Shown: positions 10,660-22,289, numbered from the stretch's first letter. The stretch is 64,000 nt of DNA from a virus (IMGVR_UViG_3300031992_004562:47626-111625); one strand, 5' to 3'. Numbers and translations: made by a program. The notes: generated by a model from the letters alone, not told the origin.

Positions 10660-11187
10660 ATGGATAAAGATGACGAAATTTTTTATAATCCTGACAAAGC
10701 AGGAGAAATATTTACTAAGCCTCATATAGTAAATTATGAAACTGTTCATCTTAAAGGCGATTTATTTCATTATGATAAACCATTCTGTGGAAGAGTATAT
10801 GATAAAAATGCAATGAAGCGTGCAATTAATAAATTTAGAAAACAATTAAAGATGGGTGAATTAAATCATAAACCAATGTTTGGTAGTTTTAATAAAGATG
10901 CTAAAACCATTGAGGATTTTATAGGTACTGCTTTTGATGTTGGTCTTGAACATATTTCCCATAGAATTAATGATGTATATAATAAAGGTGATAAAGCATA
11001 TGTAGATTTAGATATTTTAAATACACCTGCAGGTGATGATATTAAAAAATTATTAGATGCTGGTATGAAATTACATGCATCACCTGAACTTATTGTAAAT
11101 GGAGATAAAGTTATACAATTGGTTTCTATTGGTCTTTATCCAGATACAATAAATAATCAAAATTTACCACCATTAGAAAAAGTATGA
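10660..11187 (+). CDS. T4 gp21-like prohead protease homolog (degenerate)
   Basis: GRVYD..MGELNH..ISHRI..ILNTPAGDDIKKLLDAG; the SSRG motif is replaced by ASPE. Confidence 0.7.
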   Translation: MDKDDEIFYNPDKAGEIFTKPHIVNYETVHLKGDLFHYDKPFCGRVYDKNAMKRAINKFRKQLKMGELNHKPMFGSFNKDAKTIEDFIGTAFDVGLEHISHRINDVYNKGDKAYVDLDILNTPAGDDIKKLLDAGMKLHASPELIVNGDKVIQLVSIGLYPDTINNQNLPPLEKV

Positions 11188-11498
11188 GTAAACAAAAAGA
11201 ATATATACCAGCATATATGTACAAAGATCAAATCTGGAAAGTATATGATAATGGGAAAGAAGAAATGATATGGGAAAATTCACTACGAGAAGATAGTTGG
11301 GGAAGTGATAGTGCACCAGATTCCGAATATAATAAAATGATGGAGCTTGAAAGAGAAACAGATTTTTGGAAGGAATGGGAAGATTTGGACTGGTGGTTTG
11401 AACATAGAACCATTAGAGTATCGATGAAAGGAAAAGATAAAGGTAAAGAACAAGTAATTAAATATGAATCTTTATTAATAGAATTTGCAAATACATAA
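11184..11498 (+). CDS. Hypothetical protein
   Basis: ATGA overlap with previous gene. Confidence 0.7.
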   Translation: MSKQKEYIPAYMYKDQIWKVYDNGKEEMIWENSLREDSWGSDSAPDSEYNKMMELERETDFWKEWEDLDWWFEHRTIRVSMKGKDKGKEQVIKYESLLIEFANT

Positions 11499-11512
11499 AA
11501 TAAAAATGAGAG

Positions 11513-12070
11513 TTAATTAAACTCCCATTTTTTTAATTCTGGATTTTCAAAATATCCAATTTCATGTGTATAATAAAATTTAACTAAATCACAATGCATT
11601 ATTCCTTTACATAATGTAGCAGAATATTCATCAATATCACCATTTGGCATTTTAATTTTATCTGACATATAAATTAGTAAAGGATACTTATTTAAATAAT
11701 CAATAATAGTTTTTAAATCTTCTGATGATAAATCATTAATATGAATTTTCCCACCAATTTCTGTACCATTTTTATCACGTTTCATATAAACAATTGATTT
11801 TTCCTCGGTGCAAAATGCAATAACGTTATTGTCATTCATAAAATTTTTAATCCAATCTGGTTCATTAATCCATAAACGTTTAATACAACGCTTATTTAGC
11901 AAATAATCCATAAAATTGGATAATAAAATTCTAGAATTATTAACAGCCCATATATCATTTAAATTAGATATATCATATTCAAATGACTTTTGAGATGGTG
12001 TAATTAATTTAACCACACCATTTATTGTATCTGTAATATTATTTGCAAACTGTTTAAATACATTTACCAT
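11513..12070 (-). CDS. Hypothetical protein
   Basis: 185 aa ORF with AAAC...TATAAT upstream. Confidence 0.7.
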   Translation of the reverse strand: MVNVFKQFANNITDTINGVVKLITPSQKSFEYDISNLNDIWAVNNSRILLSNFMDYLLNKRCIKRLWINEPDWIKNFMNDNNVIAFCTEEKSIVYMKRDKNGTEIGGKIHINDLSSEDLKTIIDYLNKYPLLIYMSDKIKMPNGDIDEYSATLCKGIMHCDLVKFYYTHEIGYFENPELKKWEFN

Positions 12071-12158
12071 ATTAATTATAAATTAAATAAAGATAAAAGT
12101 TTCATAAAAACTTATGTTGCATTTTAACTATAATTTATAAAATAGGTTTAGTAAAGAT

Positions 12159-13580
12159 ATGCCAATTAGAAGAAAGTTAAATAATTTAGATGCAAGTTAT
12201 AAAGTAAGTACTGGAAACAAAATTACCAGAACAATTACTGATTTTTTAAATACTGAATATAGAGAATATTCAAATTATGTTATATCTACACGTGCTCTTC
12301 CATCATTATGGGATGGAATGAAAGTTGGCGGTAGAAAAATTCTTTATTCAGCATTTGTTGGTGGTTTAAAAGATGGTTCAGAAAAGAAGCTTTTGAACTT
12401 AATTGGTGATGTTTATAATAAAACATTATATGCTCATGGCGATGCATCACTTATAGGTGCATCTTTGACACTTGGTTCATATTATTCAGATAATTTAAAT
12501 CCAATTGAGATTGTTGGCCAAGGCGGCAGTTTAAGAAATTCACAAGCAGCCGCAGCTCGTTATCTTTATTGCAAATTATCTAAATATGCAAAGCTTCTTT
12601 ATAAGGTTGATGAGGATCTTCTCCAATATGTTTTTGATGAAGGTGAGTATCTTGAGCCTGAACATTTCCTTCCAATAATTCCACTTGTTTTAACTGCAAG
12701 AACAGAGGGATTGGCACCAGGATATAAATTTTCTTCATTTTCATATAATCCAATAGATATAATAGATGGGTGCACAGAAGTGATTAAGAATGGCCATCTA
12801 GAGAAAACTATTATTAGACCATATGTTAGAGGAATCAAACAAGATAAATTTGGTTTCGATAAAGATTCTAATAAATGGTATAATGTTGGTGAATGGTCAA
12901 TAGATGAAAAAAATGATATTTTAAGAATTACTGATCTTCCATATGATGTTCAATTTGATAAGTTTGAAAAGAAATTGAATTCATATATTGAAAATGGATA
13001 TATCAAAGAATGGAAGAACTTTTCACATGATAATGATTTAGATTATAGAATTTTATTTGATAAATCTAAATTAGCAAGAGAAGCTCAACCAGATAAAAAG
13101 GAACAATTGCTTAAGAAGTTTATGCTTCAAACAAATATTCCAAATGATTTATTATATGTTTTGGATGAAAATAAAAAAGTTAAGCATTTTCAAACTAAAG
13201 AAGATTTATTAGAGCATTTTGTTAAAATTCGTTTAGAGAAATATAATGATCGCAAAGATAGATTAGTATCAGTAAAAGAAAAACAACTGGAAGAAAATTC
13301 TAATTTATGCAAATTCATTGAACTTGTAACATCTGGAAAATTAGTTCTTAATAATAGAAAAATGGCAGATGTTAAAAAAGATTTAGATGCACATAAACTT
13401 CCATATAATGTATTAACAATTCAAGTTTCAAAATTAACTCAAGAAGAAAAGGAAGAAATTCTTAAAAAGAATAAAGAGATAGAACAAGAACTTGAATATA
13501 TTAAGAATACTACAATTGAACAAATGTATCTTGATGATTTAAAGAATTTAAAAAAAGAACTTATTAAAGATTTTGAATAA
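12159..13580 (+). CDS. DNA topoisomerase II medium (GyrA/ParC/gp52-like) subunit
   Basis: RALPSLWDGMK..RKILY, YAHGDASL, AAARY catalytic Tyr, EPEHFLPIIP. Confidence 0.95.
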   Translation: MPIRRKLNNLDASYKVSTGNKITRTITDFLNTEYREYSNYVISTRALPSLWDGMKVGGRKILYSAFVGGLKDGSEKKLLNLIGDVYNKTLYAHGDASLIGASLTLGSYYSDNLNPIEIVGQGGSLRNSQAAAARYLYCKLSKYAKLLYKVDEDLLQYVFDEGEYLEPEHFLPIIPLVLTARTEGLAPGYKFSSFSYNPIDIIDGCTEVIKNGHLEKTIIRPYVRGIKQDKFGFDKDSNKWYNVGEWSIDEKNDILRITDLPYDVQFDKFEKKLNSYIENGYIKEWKNFSHDNDLDYRILFDKSKLAREAQPDKKEQLLKKFMLQTNIPNDLLYVLDENKKVKHFQTKEDLLEHFVKIRLEKYNDRKDRLVSVKEKQLEENSNLCKFIELVTSGKLVLNNRKMADVKKDLDAHKLPYNVLTIQVSKLTQEEKEEILKKNKEIEQELEYIKNTTIEQMYLDDLKNLKKELIKDFE

Positions 13581-13607
13581 TTGTAACAAAAACAAATATA
13601 AATGAAT

Positions 13608-14174
13608 ATGAGACCAATAGATGAAGTATTAAAACAAGAACCAACTTTTAGCTTAGATTAGGAACAAGTTGAAGCAATTTGTGATTCTATTCATGGGAAA
13701 CTAATTGATAATCTTATGCCTAAATTAAAAGAAGAGGTTATAGAAGAAGTTAAAGATTATTTAATAAAAGACTTTGCAAATGGTGTTCAAAAATGGGTTT
13801 GTGAAGAATTTGCGCCAGAAGTACAAAATTGGGTAGTTAATGAATTTTCTCCAGAAATTGAAAAATGGGCAAAAGATTATATGAATGATAAGCGTACTCA
13901 ATTACATATTAAAGATTTTTGTGTAAATGATGATGATAGATGTGGACAATGTGTAACAACTGAAGAAATAGAGGATCCTATTAGAAAAATGGGAACTGTA
14001 GAACCAGAATGGAATGATGAGAAACATTTAATTACTAAAGCTGGTAGTATTCAAGATGATGCACTTGCATTTATTTATGGTGCCATTAAGAAATATGGTC
14101 AAAAGCCAGAATTATTTAATGATTTAAAAGAATATATTATTAAAGAAGCAAATTATATTGGAAAAATAATATGA
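13608..14174 (+). CDS. Hypothetical protein with 12-aa W repeats, code 15
   Basis: ATG 13602/13608, one in-frame TAG; VQKWVCEEFAPE/VQNWVVNEFSPE repeats. Confidence 0.7.
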
Positions 14175-14530
14175 ACTGGAAATACGATAAACATAATTGG
14201 TATATATCATGGTATAATTTGGATAATTTACCAGAAGATAGTTATGAGAAAACATTTGCTCGTAAAGATATAACAGATAAAGGTGATAAAGATTGGAGAA
14301 AAATATTTAATTTTAGATATAAAGTTAAAGACTATATGCAAGATGGATATATGGAATCTGAATATGTCGGTTTGCAATATGTAAATGATTATGCAGAAAC
14401 ATCTTTAACTTGGATTGGAAGATATAAGATTTATAGATTATTTTTTAGAGATTCCTTTAGTTATCGTGATAAAGGCAAATGGTGTTTAAAATATAAATCA
14501 TGGAGAAATGACCACGTATGTGGTGGATAA
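14171..14530 (+). CDS. Hypothetical protein
   Basis: ORF overlapping previous stop. Confidence 0.7.
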   Translation: MNWKYDKHNWYISWYNLDNLPEDSYEKTFARKDITDKGDKDWRKIFNFRYKVKDYMQDGYMESEYVGLQYVNDYAETSLTWIGRYKIYRLFFRDSFSYRDKGKWCLKYKSWRNDHVCGG

Positions 14531-14547
14531 AATAATTATGTTTAATT

Positions 14548-15423
14548 ATGGAAAAATAGATATTTGAAGAATTATCAATATCAGATGAAATAAAATTAGA
14601 AGCTGAAAATTTAGCAAAAGTTATATTAACTGATTCTAAATTAAATGCTTATATTATTAAAAGAAATGGATTTAATAATATATTAAAACACGAATTTGTT
14701 ATTAAATTATTTGGTGTTGATTATAACATAATTTATTACATATATAGTATTGATAATATTTCAGAATTAGATATTAAATTATATAAAAACCTCATATCAA
14801 TAACAAAAAATAATGAAAATGAAATATTATTAAATCTTTTGTTTGTTTCAAATAATCCAGATAAAGAATATTTTTATAGTTCAATTTATCATGAATTAAC
14901 ACATGTATATCAATATATTAAATCTAAAAATGATGTTTTAAAAAATATAAAAATAAAAAATTTATATAATCTTATTAAAGATATTAAAAATAATAGTCAA
15001 TCTGAATTAGATATATTATTTACAAATGCTATATATGCATGTTTTGATTTTGAACAAGATGCTTTACTTCATGAAACATATTGTGAATATATGAAATCAT
15101 ATCAAATATATCACCTTAATTTTGATATAGAAGATTCTAATGCATATAAATTTATAGAAGATTTAAGAAATGCGATTAATAATATAGATAAATTAGATGA
15201 AAAACTATTTAAAAATTCACAAGATTTTTATTTAAATTTGTTCACCAAAAAACTTAAAAGATTTGAAACTAAATTTGGAAAACTTATAATAAAAATCAAA
15301 AAAGATTTTTATGAAAATCATTTAAATGAGGGTTTGCTGCCTGGAAATTTTAGAGCAATTTCATTAATAATAAAAGATGATAGTAATGAAATTAATAATT
15401 ATATAGATGATGAAATATTTTAA
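14548..15423 (+). CDS. Putative zincin (HExxH) metalloprotease, code 15
   Basis: ATG 14548, TAG at codon 4, then open; IYHELTHVYQ and downstream FEQDA. Confidence 0.65.
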
Positions 15424-15435
15424 AAAAGGTTCTAA

Positions 15436-16374
15436 TTACTTAGAACCTTTTTCAATTTCTTCACGATTTGCATTGTACCATTCATTGAACTTGTAATATT
15501 CATCAATTCCAACTTGGTGAATTGCTGCATCAAGTTCTGCATAATCACAATGCTTAATCTTTACAATAATTCGTTTTCCACGAGGATCCTTAATAGGAAC
15601 AATAGGACGTGCTACAATACCTTCCTCAAGATAATCGGGATTTGATGGGCAAGGAACACGGGTCTTAAAGCCCTTACGAACCATTGCTTCTGCTTGGTCG
15701 ATTGTCATTTGGCCAATATAAGGTGCCCAAGGCAATTCAAGCTTTACGCAGTAATCCATCATCATATCCTTTGGTACATACCAGCCTTGTACACAGATAT
15801 CAAATACAGCGAAACGGTTATTATCCTTGTCATAGTTGCCACCAGCCTGGATTTTCTTACCATAGAATTCACCGTAAATATATACTGGTGCCTCCTCATA
15901 TTCAACTACGTACACGCCTTCATGCGTTGATTTATCAATTGGCTCATTTGGACGATAACCTTCAGCTACATCAAATTCATACATAACCGGAAGATTCTTA
16001 TCATTCATTTTTGGTACAAACTTAGCAGACGATGCAGGGAACAATTGTGCCAAAGTAGGCTTAATTCGTTCAATAATTGCATCAATGAAAGCCTTTTGTC
16101 CAGTACCAATAATATTAGCATTATCAGTTTTACCAGAACAGAAACATTCACCAGTAGAAGGATAGTACACAATCTTAGTGTTAGTGCCATCAATCTTAGA
16201 GAAGCAATCATACATCAAATCCTTGATATATGCCATATGTTCATCAGAGTAATCACCCATGATGATTTTGTTTTGGAACACCTTCCATACTGGATTAGGA
16301 AGAGTTACTTTACCAAGGTTTTGATAACGCTTGTACAGCGTGTTAATTTTTGTGTAAGTTTGAGTTTTTGTCAT
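15436..16374 (-). CDS. RNA ligase, Rnl2-like
   Basis: SKIDGTN (I), YGEFYG (III), FAVFDI (IIIa), EEGIVARP (IV), VKIK (V). Confidence 0.88.
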   Translation of the reverse strand: MTKTQTYTKINTLYKRYQNLGKVTLPNPVWKVFQNKIIMGDYSDEHMAYIKDLMYDCFSKIDGTNTKIVYYPSTGECFCSGKTDNANIIGTGQKAFIDAIIERIKPTLAQLFPASSAKFVPKMNDKNLPVMYEFDVAEGYRPNEPIDKSTHEGVYVVEYEEAPVYIYGEFYGKKIQAGGNYDKDNNRFAVFDICVQGWYVPKDMMMDYCVKLELPWAPYIGQMTIDQAEAMVRKGFKTRVPCPSNPDYLEEGIVARPIVPIKDPRGKRIIVKIKHCDYAELDAAIHQVGIDEYYKFNEWYNANREEIEKGSK

Positions 16375-16508
16375 AACTTCATTTAAATTTTTTGGTTAAT
16401 ACTGTTAATTGTTCTCCACCAATTTGGAATTAACCAAATACTTTTGCGATCAAATAACCTGCCGCGAGACATACAATACATTTAAACATATTTTTATAAA
16501 TTTTAAAG

Positions 16509-16787
16509 TTAATTTTCTTTTTTCCAATAGCCTTTATGAATTTCCCAAATAACTTTTTCTGCCAGTGCTTCAAAGTTTTTTGCATAAATTCCATATTCAT
16601 GAACTTCATTTTCATTTGGTTTAAATGTAGCACCAAATTTCATATTATATTTTGGTGCAACCCATTTAACACCAAATTTTTCAGAAATAAAGGATTTGAT
16701 ATTTTCTTCATTCCACTCACCTTCATAACCATGTTCTTTTAAAAGGTGAAATGCAAATCCTTTCATCATTTCTAAATTTCGTTTCAT
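16509..16787 (-). CDS. Hypothetical protein
   Basis: ORF in early operon. Confidence 0.65.
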   Translation of the reverse strand: MKRNLEMMKGFAFHLLKEHGYEGEWNEENIKSFISEKFGVKWVAPKYNMKFGATFKPNENEVHEYGIYAKNFEALAEKVIWEIHKGYWKKEN

Positions 16788-16795
16788 ATTATAAA

Positions 16796-17041
16796 TTAAA
16801 TTGCTATAAAAGTTTCAGTTACTTCAAAAACTTTAAGTGTATCAGGTTTTAATACTACTGGATCAAACATTCCATTTGGGCGGACAATCCAACCATTTTT
16901 CTTCCAAAAATCAACCTCTTTCTCGGAAAGATTAATCATTTCACCTTTTCGAAGTGTATAATGGTCTTTGTTAAAACCTTTAATGCAAACACCTTTAAAT
17001 GATTTAGTTTCAATTTTGTTTTTAGTAAAATCTACTTTCAT
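16796..17041 (-). CDS. Hypothetical protein
   Basis: First ORF after early-promoter motif. Confidence 0.7.
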   Translation of the reverse strand: MKVDFTKNKIETKSFKGVCIKGFNKDHYTLRKGEMINLSEKEVDFWKKNGWIVRPNGMFDPVVLKPDTLKVFEVTETFIAI

Positions 17042-17062
17042 ATTATGTCCTTTTTAAATTAA

Positions 17063-17106
17063 CGATACAAAATTAATATTTTTATTTTAAACCAAAAAAT
17101 AGAAGC
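17063..17106 (-). promoter_or_regulatory. Early promoter (CTTCTATTTTT box + Bacteroidetes TAnnTTTG -7 element)
   Basis: GCTTCTATTTTTTGGTTTAAAATAAAAATATTAATTTTGTATCG on minus strand; repeated motif. Confidence 0.7.
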
Positions 17107-17147
17107 TAATAAATAAACAAAATATAAAACAATTTTATAATTTTTAT

Positions 17148-18026
17148 ATGGCAAATTATTATCAAAAAGAAGATAAAACAGAGTTTTTTAGAACACCTGA
17201 TTGGATAGTTGAAAAGTGTTATGAAATGATTCCTAATGCAAAAACAATTTTAGATCCATGCGCAGGTGATTGTGGTCTTGAAGATTTTACTAGAGATGTT
17301 GATTACACTTTATTAGATTTAAATCCAAGAAGTTCAGTTATTGAAAAAGCTGATTTTTTAAATTGGACATCTAATAGAAAATTTGATGCAGCAATTTGCA
17401 ATCCACCTTTTGGTTTAAAAAATGAATTTATTGAACATCTTTTTGAATTTACAAATAATATAATTCTTATTGCACCATTAAAATCTGTTATTAATGAATG
17501 GTTCACTAATATAAAAGATATTTACTTAGATTGGCGAATTCCATTTTTTGGATTTGGAATATTAACAAGTGTTGCTATATTTCATTTAACAAAAGAATCT
17601 AATGGAATGACAAGAGATGAAATAAAACAAAAATATCTTTTACCACCAACCACAGGATTAGATGTTATTACAGTATGGGAACCTCGCCATTTAAAACTTG
17701 ACAAATGGGGTTTATATGTTCCAATTACAAAGGCAAACATTGTACGTAATAATGAATTATTAAGAGAAGAATATATTTTTGAACCAGGAGATGATTCTAT
17801 TTTTATTGCAAAGAAAGCATCAATCAATAATCAAGCAGGTGATAGAGTTTATAGACATGTAATATATACAGACACTCGAGAAGATGCATTAGCAATTATT
17901 CAAAAATATAAAGAAAATGACGAATATATAAGAAATTATGCATATCAATATGGAAATAATATTTTAGATTTAAGATATGTTCCAGCATTGATAGATGATA
18001 TATATAAAATTCATAGTTTATTTTAA
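17148..18026 (+). CDS. N6-adenine DNA methyltransferase
   Basis: FRTP, ILDPCAGDCG (motif I), CNPPF (motif IV). Confidence 0.85.
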   Translation: MANYYQKEDKTEFFRTPDWIVEKCYEMIPNAKTILDPCAGDCGLEDFTRDVDYTLLDLNPRSSVIEKADFLNWTSNRKFDAAICNPPFGLKNEFIEHLFEFTNNIILIAPLKSVINEWFTNIKDIYLDWRIPFFGFGILTSVAIFHLTKESNGMTRDEIKQKYLLPPTTGLDVITVWEPRHLKLDKWGLYVPITKANIVRNNELLREEYIFEPGDDSIFIAKKASINNQAGDRVYRHVIYTDTREDALAIIQKYKENDEYIRNYAYQYGNNILDLRYVPALIDDIYKIHSLF

Positions 18027-18182
18027 ATGAAAAACTTTTTATTAAAATTTTGTGCATACTCACTTAAAGCGATTGGAGTTATTATTGGTATTCCAGGAAT
18101 TATTTTATCTGCAATTGGTTTAGGCCTATCAGATGTGTGTGAATCAATAGTTGATTATTGTGAATTAGAAAATGAAAAATAA
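18027..18182 (+). CDS. Small membrane protein (51 aa)
   Basis: MKNFLLKFCAYSLKAIGVIIGIPGIILSAIGLGL..; fills the gap exactly. Confidence 0.6.
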   Translation: MKNFLLKFCAYSLKAIGVIIGIPGIILSAIGLGLSDVCESIVDYCELENEK

Positions 18183-18184
18183 TT

Positions 18185-18550
18185 ATGTGGTGTTTAGAAA
18201 ATAAAATAGTTAATGGTATGTTTTTTAAACAAACCTGTGCAATTGCACCTGAGCAATATGATGTTTTTCTTGATGAAAAATATGTTGCATATGTTAGATG
18301 CCGTTGGGGTAAATTAAAAGTTAATCCAGTAAATATTGAATTAACTATTCCAAATATTGTTAATATATCAGATTTTGATTATGAAAAAATAATGGAAGAT
18401 AACAGACAATATGAAATTGGAATAGATTTTAATACACAAATTTATTTCAAAGAATGGAAAGACGATGAATTTAAATCAGATATTCCAAAAGAAGAATTTT
18501 TAAATATCGCAGATGCAATATATAAACATTTAGGAGTTGCTAATATTTAA
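18185..18550 (+). CDS. Hypothetical protein
   Basis: QTCAIAPEQYDVF..AYVRCRWG. Confidence 0.7.
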   Translation: MWCLENKIVNGMFFKQTCAIAPEQYDVFLDEKYVAYVRCRWGKLKVNPVNIELTIPNIVNISDFDYEKIMEDNRQYEIGIDFNTQIYFKEWKDDEFKSDIPKEEFLNIADAIYKHLGVANI

Positions 18551-18634
18551 AAAGAAGAGAATTGTTTCTCTTCTTTTTATTTAAATAATATTTTCATTCG
18601 TCTTATCATTACAGTATTAAATTTTTGATAATAA

Positions 18635-19726
18635 TCAAAAATCTTCAACATCATCAAGAGCCAATTGAATTCCTCTATTAACGGCTTCTAATAATGAATT
18701 TTCAAATTTTAAATTTAATATAAAGCTTTCAGATAATTTTTCTATATTTTCTTTTGAAAATGCTACAAATTTTTCAACAATTGAATTTACAAAATTTCTA
18801 TCAAGCCATGGATATTTTTCATATAAATATGTTGTGTTTATCCAGGTAAATGGCTATTTTTCGCCTGATGGTGTTATTGCAGTTCCTGTCATATATAATA
18901 TATTTTCAAGTGCAAATTCATTTTCAGATTTAGATTTATCTAATAATTGTTGTAAATCTGCAAGAAATTCTTTTTCGTCATCTGCAATTTCCTATATTGC
19001 CTCTTTAACTCTATGAACAGAATATTCTGTTCTTAAAAATCTTAATACATAATTATTAAGTTTTTCAGCTGTACCATCTTCATCTATAAAATACCATTCA
19101 GGCCTATCAGCTAATGATAAATCTGTAAATTGTCTAAATGCCATTTTATTTGGATCATTTGGATCTCTAAATAAACCACTTTGACCAATAGATTGTGTAT
19201 ATTTTTTAGTATGTGTTCTATTTTCATCTTTTGTTCTAGATGCATTTAAACCTTGATATTCTGGTTTACGTCTCCAATCATTTTCTGGATAATCGGTTTC
19301 AGCTTTGCCAAAACCATGTCTTAGACGAATATTCTATTCTTCATCACCCCATTCATGATATTTTGATAGAAATCTGCCATTTTGCATCCAACGGATAACT
19401 GTACGGCTAATCTTAATAATATGTACATCACCTTCAATATCCATTGGTGCAGAATTTCTTTGTCCTGCCAACACCTATGAATATTTTTCAGAATCTTTAA
19501 AAGATTGTAAACGACTTTTAAATCTTGGAGAATTTTCTAATTCTTTTCCAGAAAGATATCCAGTTAGTTTTTTATCATTTTCAATATTAACTTTCTTTCT
19601 TGAACGAGGCCCATATGATAATGCCCCATCATTTAAATAACCAATTGACACAAATAAATCATTTGGCAGTATGTTTTTTGTTAAAAATGGAATTATATCT
19701 TTACCAACTAATATACGTTCTTTCAT
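18635..19726 (-). CDS. Hypothetical protein with leader-A motif at its C-terminus, code 15
   Basis: 363 aa continuous frame with four TAG, ending LLEAVNRGIQLALDDVEDF-TGA. Confidence 0.82.
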
Positions 19727-19782
19727 ATATTTTTATACATTATATTCTTTTATTATTTATCATAATGTAATAAATATATTGA

Positions 19783-20736
19783 ATGGAAATAATTAATAAG
19801 AAAATAATAGAATCTGTTAATAGAGGCATATAGTTGGCATTAGATGATTTTGAAGATATTGATAATATATCATCTAATAAAAATGACATAGTGTCTTCTA
19901 GTAACTTTGATGAATATGTCAAATTTAGAAACATTATTAAAAAGATTTTAAATCATGATAGAGATCTTCCAAGAAAATTAGATGAAATTCGTGTATATAA
20001 AGAAATGATTAAATTACATGATGATTATGGTTTTCTTTATAAAGTTAATACATTAGATGAATTAAAATCTATTATTGAAAGATTTATAGATATTTGGCCA
20101 GTTGCCACAAATAATTTTAACTGGCTAGATGTTTCTTCGTTAACAAGTTTGCAATATGCATTTAGTTCAGCATCTATAAGAGATAAAATTGGCAAAGTAA
20201 TTATAGATGAATGGAATGTTTCTAATGTAAAAGATATTCAATTTATGGCATGGCAATGCGCATATTTTGAAGCAGATTTATCTAAATGGAATGTATCTAA
20301 TCTTGAATATGCAGGCGGTGCATTTTTAGGATGTAAAAAATTTAATTCAGACTTATCTAATTGGAATGTTTCAAATTTATATGATGCATCTTCAATGTTT
20401 TTATATTGTGATAATTTTAATTCTGATTTATCTAGATGGAATGTTTCTAATTTAGTAGATGCATCTTAGATGTTTAAAGAATGCAAAACATTTAATTCAG
20501 ATTTATCTAATTGGGATGTTAGTAATGTGCAAAATGCTAATATGATGTTTTATGATTGTGAAGCTTTTAATTAGGATTTGTCTAAATGGAATTTAGCAAA
20601 ATGCAATAATGGAAATAGAGATTAGTGGTTTAGATAGGTATTTGCATATACACCAATGGAACATGAATATGATTTATATCCAGATAAATTATTAACTGAT
20701 AATATGAGAATATAGGCTACAATGAAAAAGAAATGA
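19783..20736 (+). CDS. Leader A + DUF285/BspA-like leucine-rich repeat protein, code 15
   Basis: MEIINKKIIESVNRGI(Q)LALDDFED; FNSDLSNWNVSNL repeats; FN(TAG)DLSKWN = FNQDLSKWN. Confidence 0.88.
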
Positions 20737-21473
20737 AAAAATTTAATAAACATATATTAGAAGCAGTAAATAGAGGTATCTAGTTAGCTTTAGATGATTT
20801 TGAAGATATAGAAGATAATAATACTTTATCTTCAAAAAATGATGTTATAGATAGTGAAGATGTTATTAAAAACAAAATTGATTTATAGAATTTTGTTGAT
20901 CTTGGTCTACCATCTAAAACATTGTGGTATAAAAGAACATTAGGTGAAACTGATAATACTTTTGGTGAATGGTACGCATGGGGAGAAATAAAACCTAAAA
21001 ATGTATATGCTTGGCATAATTACAAATATGCAAAAAGAAATGAAGAGAATTTAACTAAATATTGCAATGATAAAGTTGATGGATATAAAGGATTTACAGA
21101 TAATAAAGAAACTTTAGATTTATGCGATGATATTGCATATTTAACAAATAAACATTTTAGAATTCCTTCAAGTAATGATTTTGAAGAATTATTAGATAAT
21201 TGTAACTATGAATGGATAACTGGTGATACAATTGGAATCATATTTAGGTCAAGAAAGAATGGAAATGAATTATTTTTTCCTGCATCTGGATTTATTAACG
21301 ATTATGGATAGGTTGCAGAACGTGGAAAAACTGGATTATTTTGGGCAAATAATATTTCCAGTGACGCATTGCCAGAATAGGCGTATTGCTTAAGTATTGA
21401 ACAGGCAAGTAATGCAGTTATAATGGCAGATAGATGTTTAGGCTTATAGATTAAACCAATATGGGTATGGTAA
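20733..21473 (+). CDS. Leader A + DUF1566/FISUMP-like protein, code 15
   Basis: MKKFNKHILEAVNRGI(Q)LALDDFED..VDLGLPSKTLW..YAWGE..FFPASG; ATGA overlap with previous gene. Confidence 0.87.
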
Positions 21474-22258
21474 AGAATAATAAAATATTAGAAGCCATTA
21501 ATAGAGGTATATAGTTGGCACTTGATGATTTTGAAGATATAGAGAATAATAATTCTGTATCTCAATTAAGTGATGTCATAAATAGTGATGATGTAATTAA
21601 AAATAAGATAGAATTTAATAAATTCTTTGTTGATATGGGATTTCCATCTGGAACTATATGGGCTAAATACAATTTAGGTGTTAATCCATATAGAGGACTA
21701 TTTATACCTCAATCTTATTATGGTAATTATTATGCATGGGGCGAAACTAAACCAAAAAATAATTATGATTGGAGAAATTATAAATTCATTTCTAGTATAA
21801 GTCCTCTTAAATTTAAAAAATATAATGGTAACAGAAAAGATAGAGAAACTCTTGATTTGCGTGATGATGCGGCATTTGTTAATAACCCATATTCAAATAT
21901 CAATGTTAGAGTGTGCCTTCCAACACCTGAACAAATTATTGAATTACAAATACATACAGATAGAGAACTTGTACATAATTACAAAGGTATTGCAGGATTA
22001 AATGTTGTAATTTTAACATCTAGATGCAATGGTAAAAAATTGATGTTTCCTCTTGGAGGATTTAAAGATGAAGAACAAACGAAATATGTTGGTGAAACTG
22101 GTTTTATAATGTCAAAATATATGGATAAACAATATAATCATAGGGCATATGGAATTAGTTTTTAGATTAAATACACTGGAGGAAAACATTTGGATTTTAA
22201 ATTTGATTATATTGGGAAAAAGACTGGTGTAAATGTAAGACCAGTAATAATGAAATAA
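21467..22258 (+). CDS. Leader A + DUF1566/FISUMP-like protein, code 15
   Basis: MVKNNKILEAINRGI(Q)LALDDFED..VDMGFPSGTIW..YAWGE..GVNVRPV. Confidence 0.87.
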
Positions 22259-22286
22259 AAAGGACTCTAAATTATAGAGTCCTTTA
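22258..22286. terminator. Bidirectional terminator
   Basis: AAAGGACTCTA/TAGAGTCCTTT inverted repeat. Confidence 0.75.
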
Positions 22287-22289
22287 ATT

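Noticed and set aside
1-13580. Separation of the topoisomerase subunits by 11.5 kb as an insertion element
   Set aside because: Unlinked subunit genes are normal in T4-like phages; no integrase, transposase or terminal repeats seen
15684-16386. Several overlapping ORFs on the RNA ligase gene
   Set aside because: Antisense or off-frame shadows of a clear Rnl2-like gene
20200-20600. Periodic ~75 bp repeats (also ~66 bp at 35180-35640 and 36170-36430) resembling a CRISPR array
   Set aside because: They are degenerate coding repeats of DUF285/BspA LRRs, with no identical repeats or unique spacers
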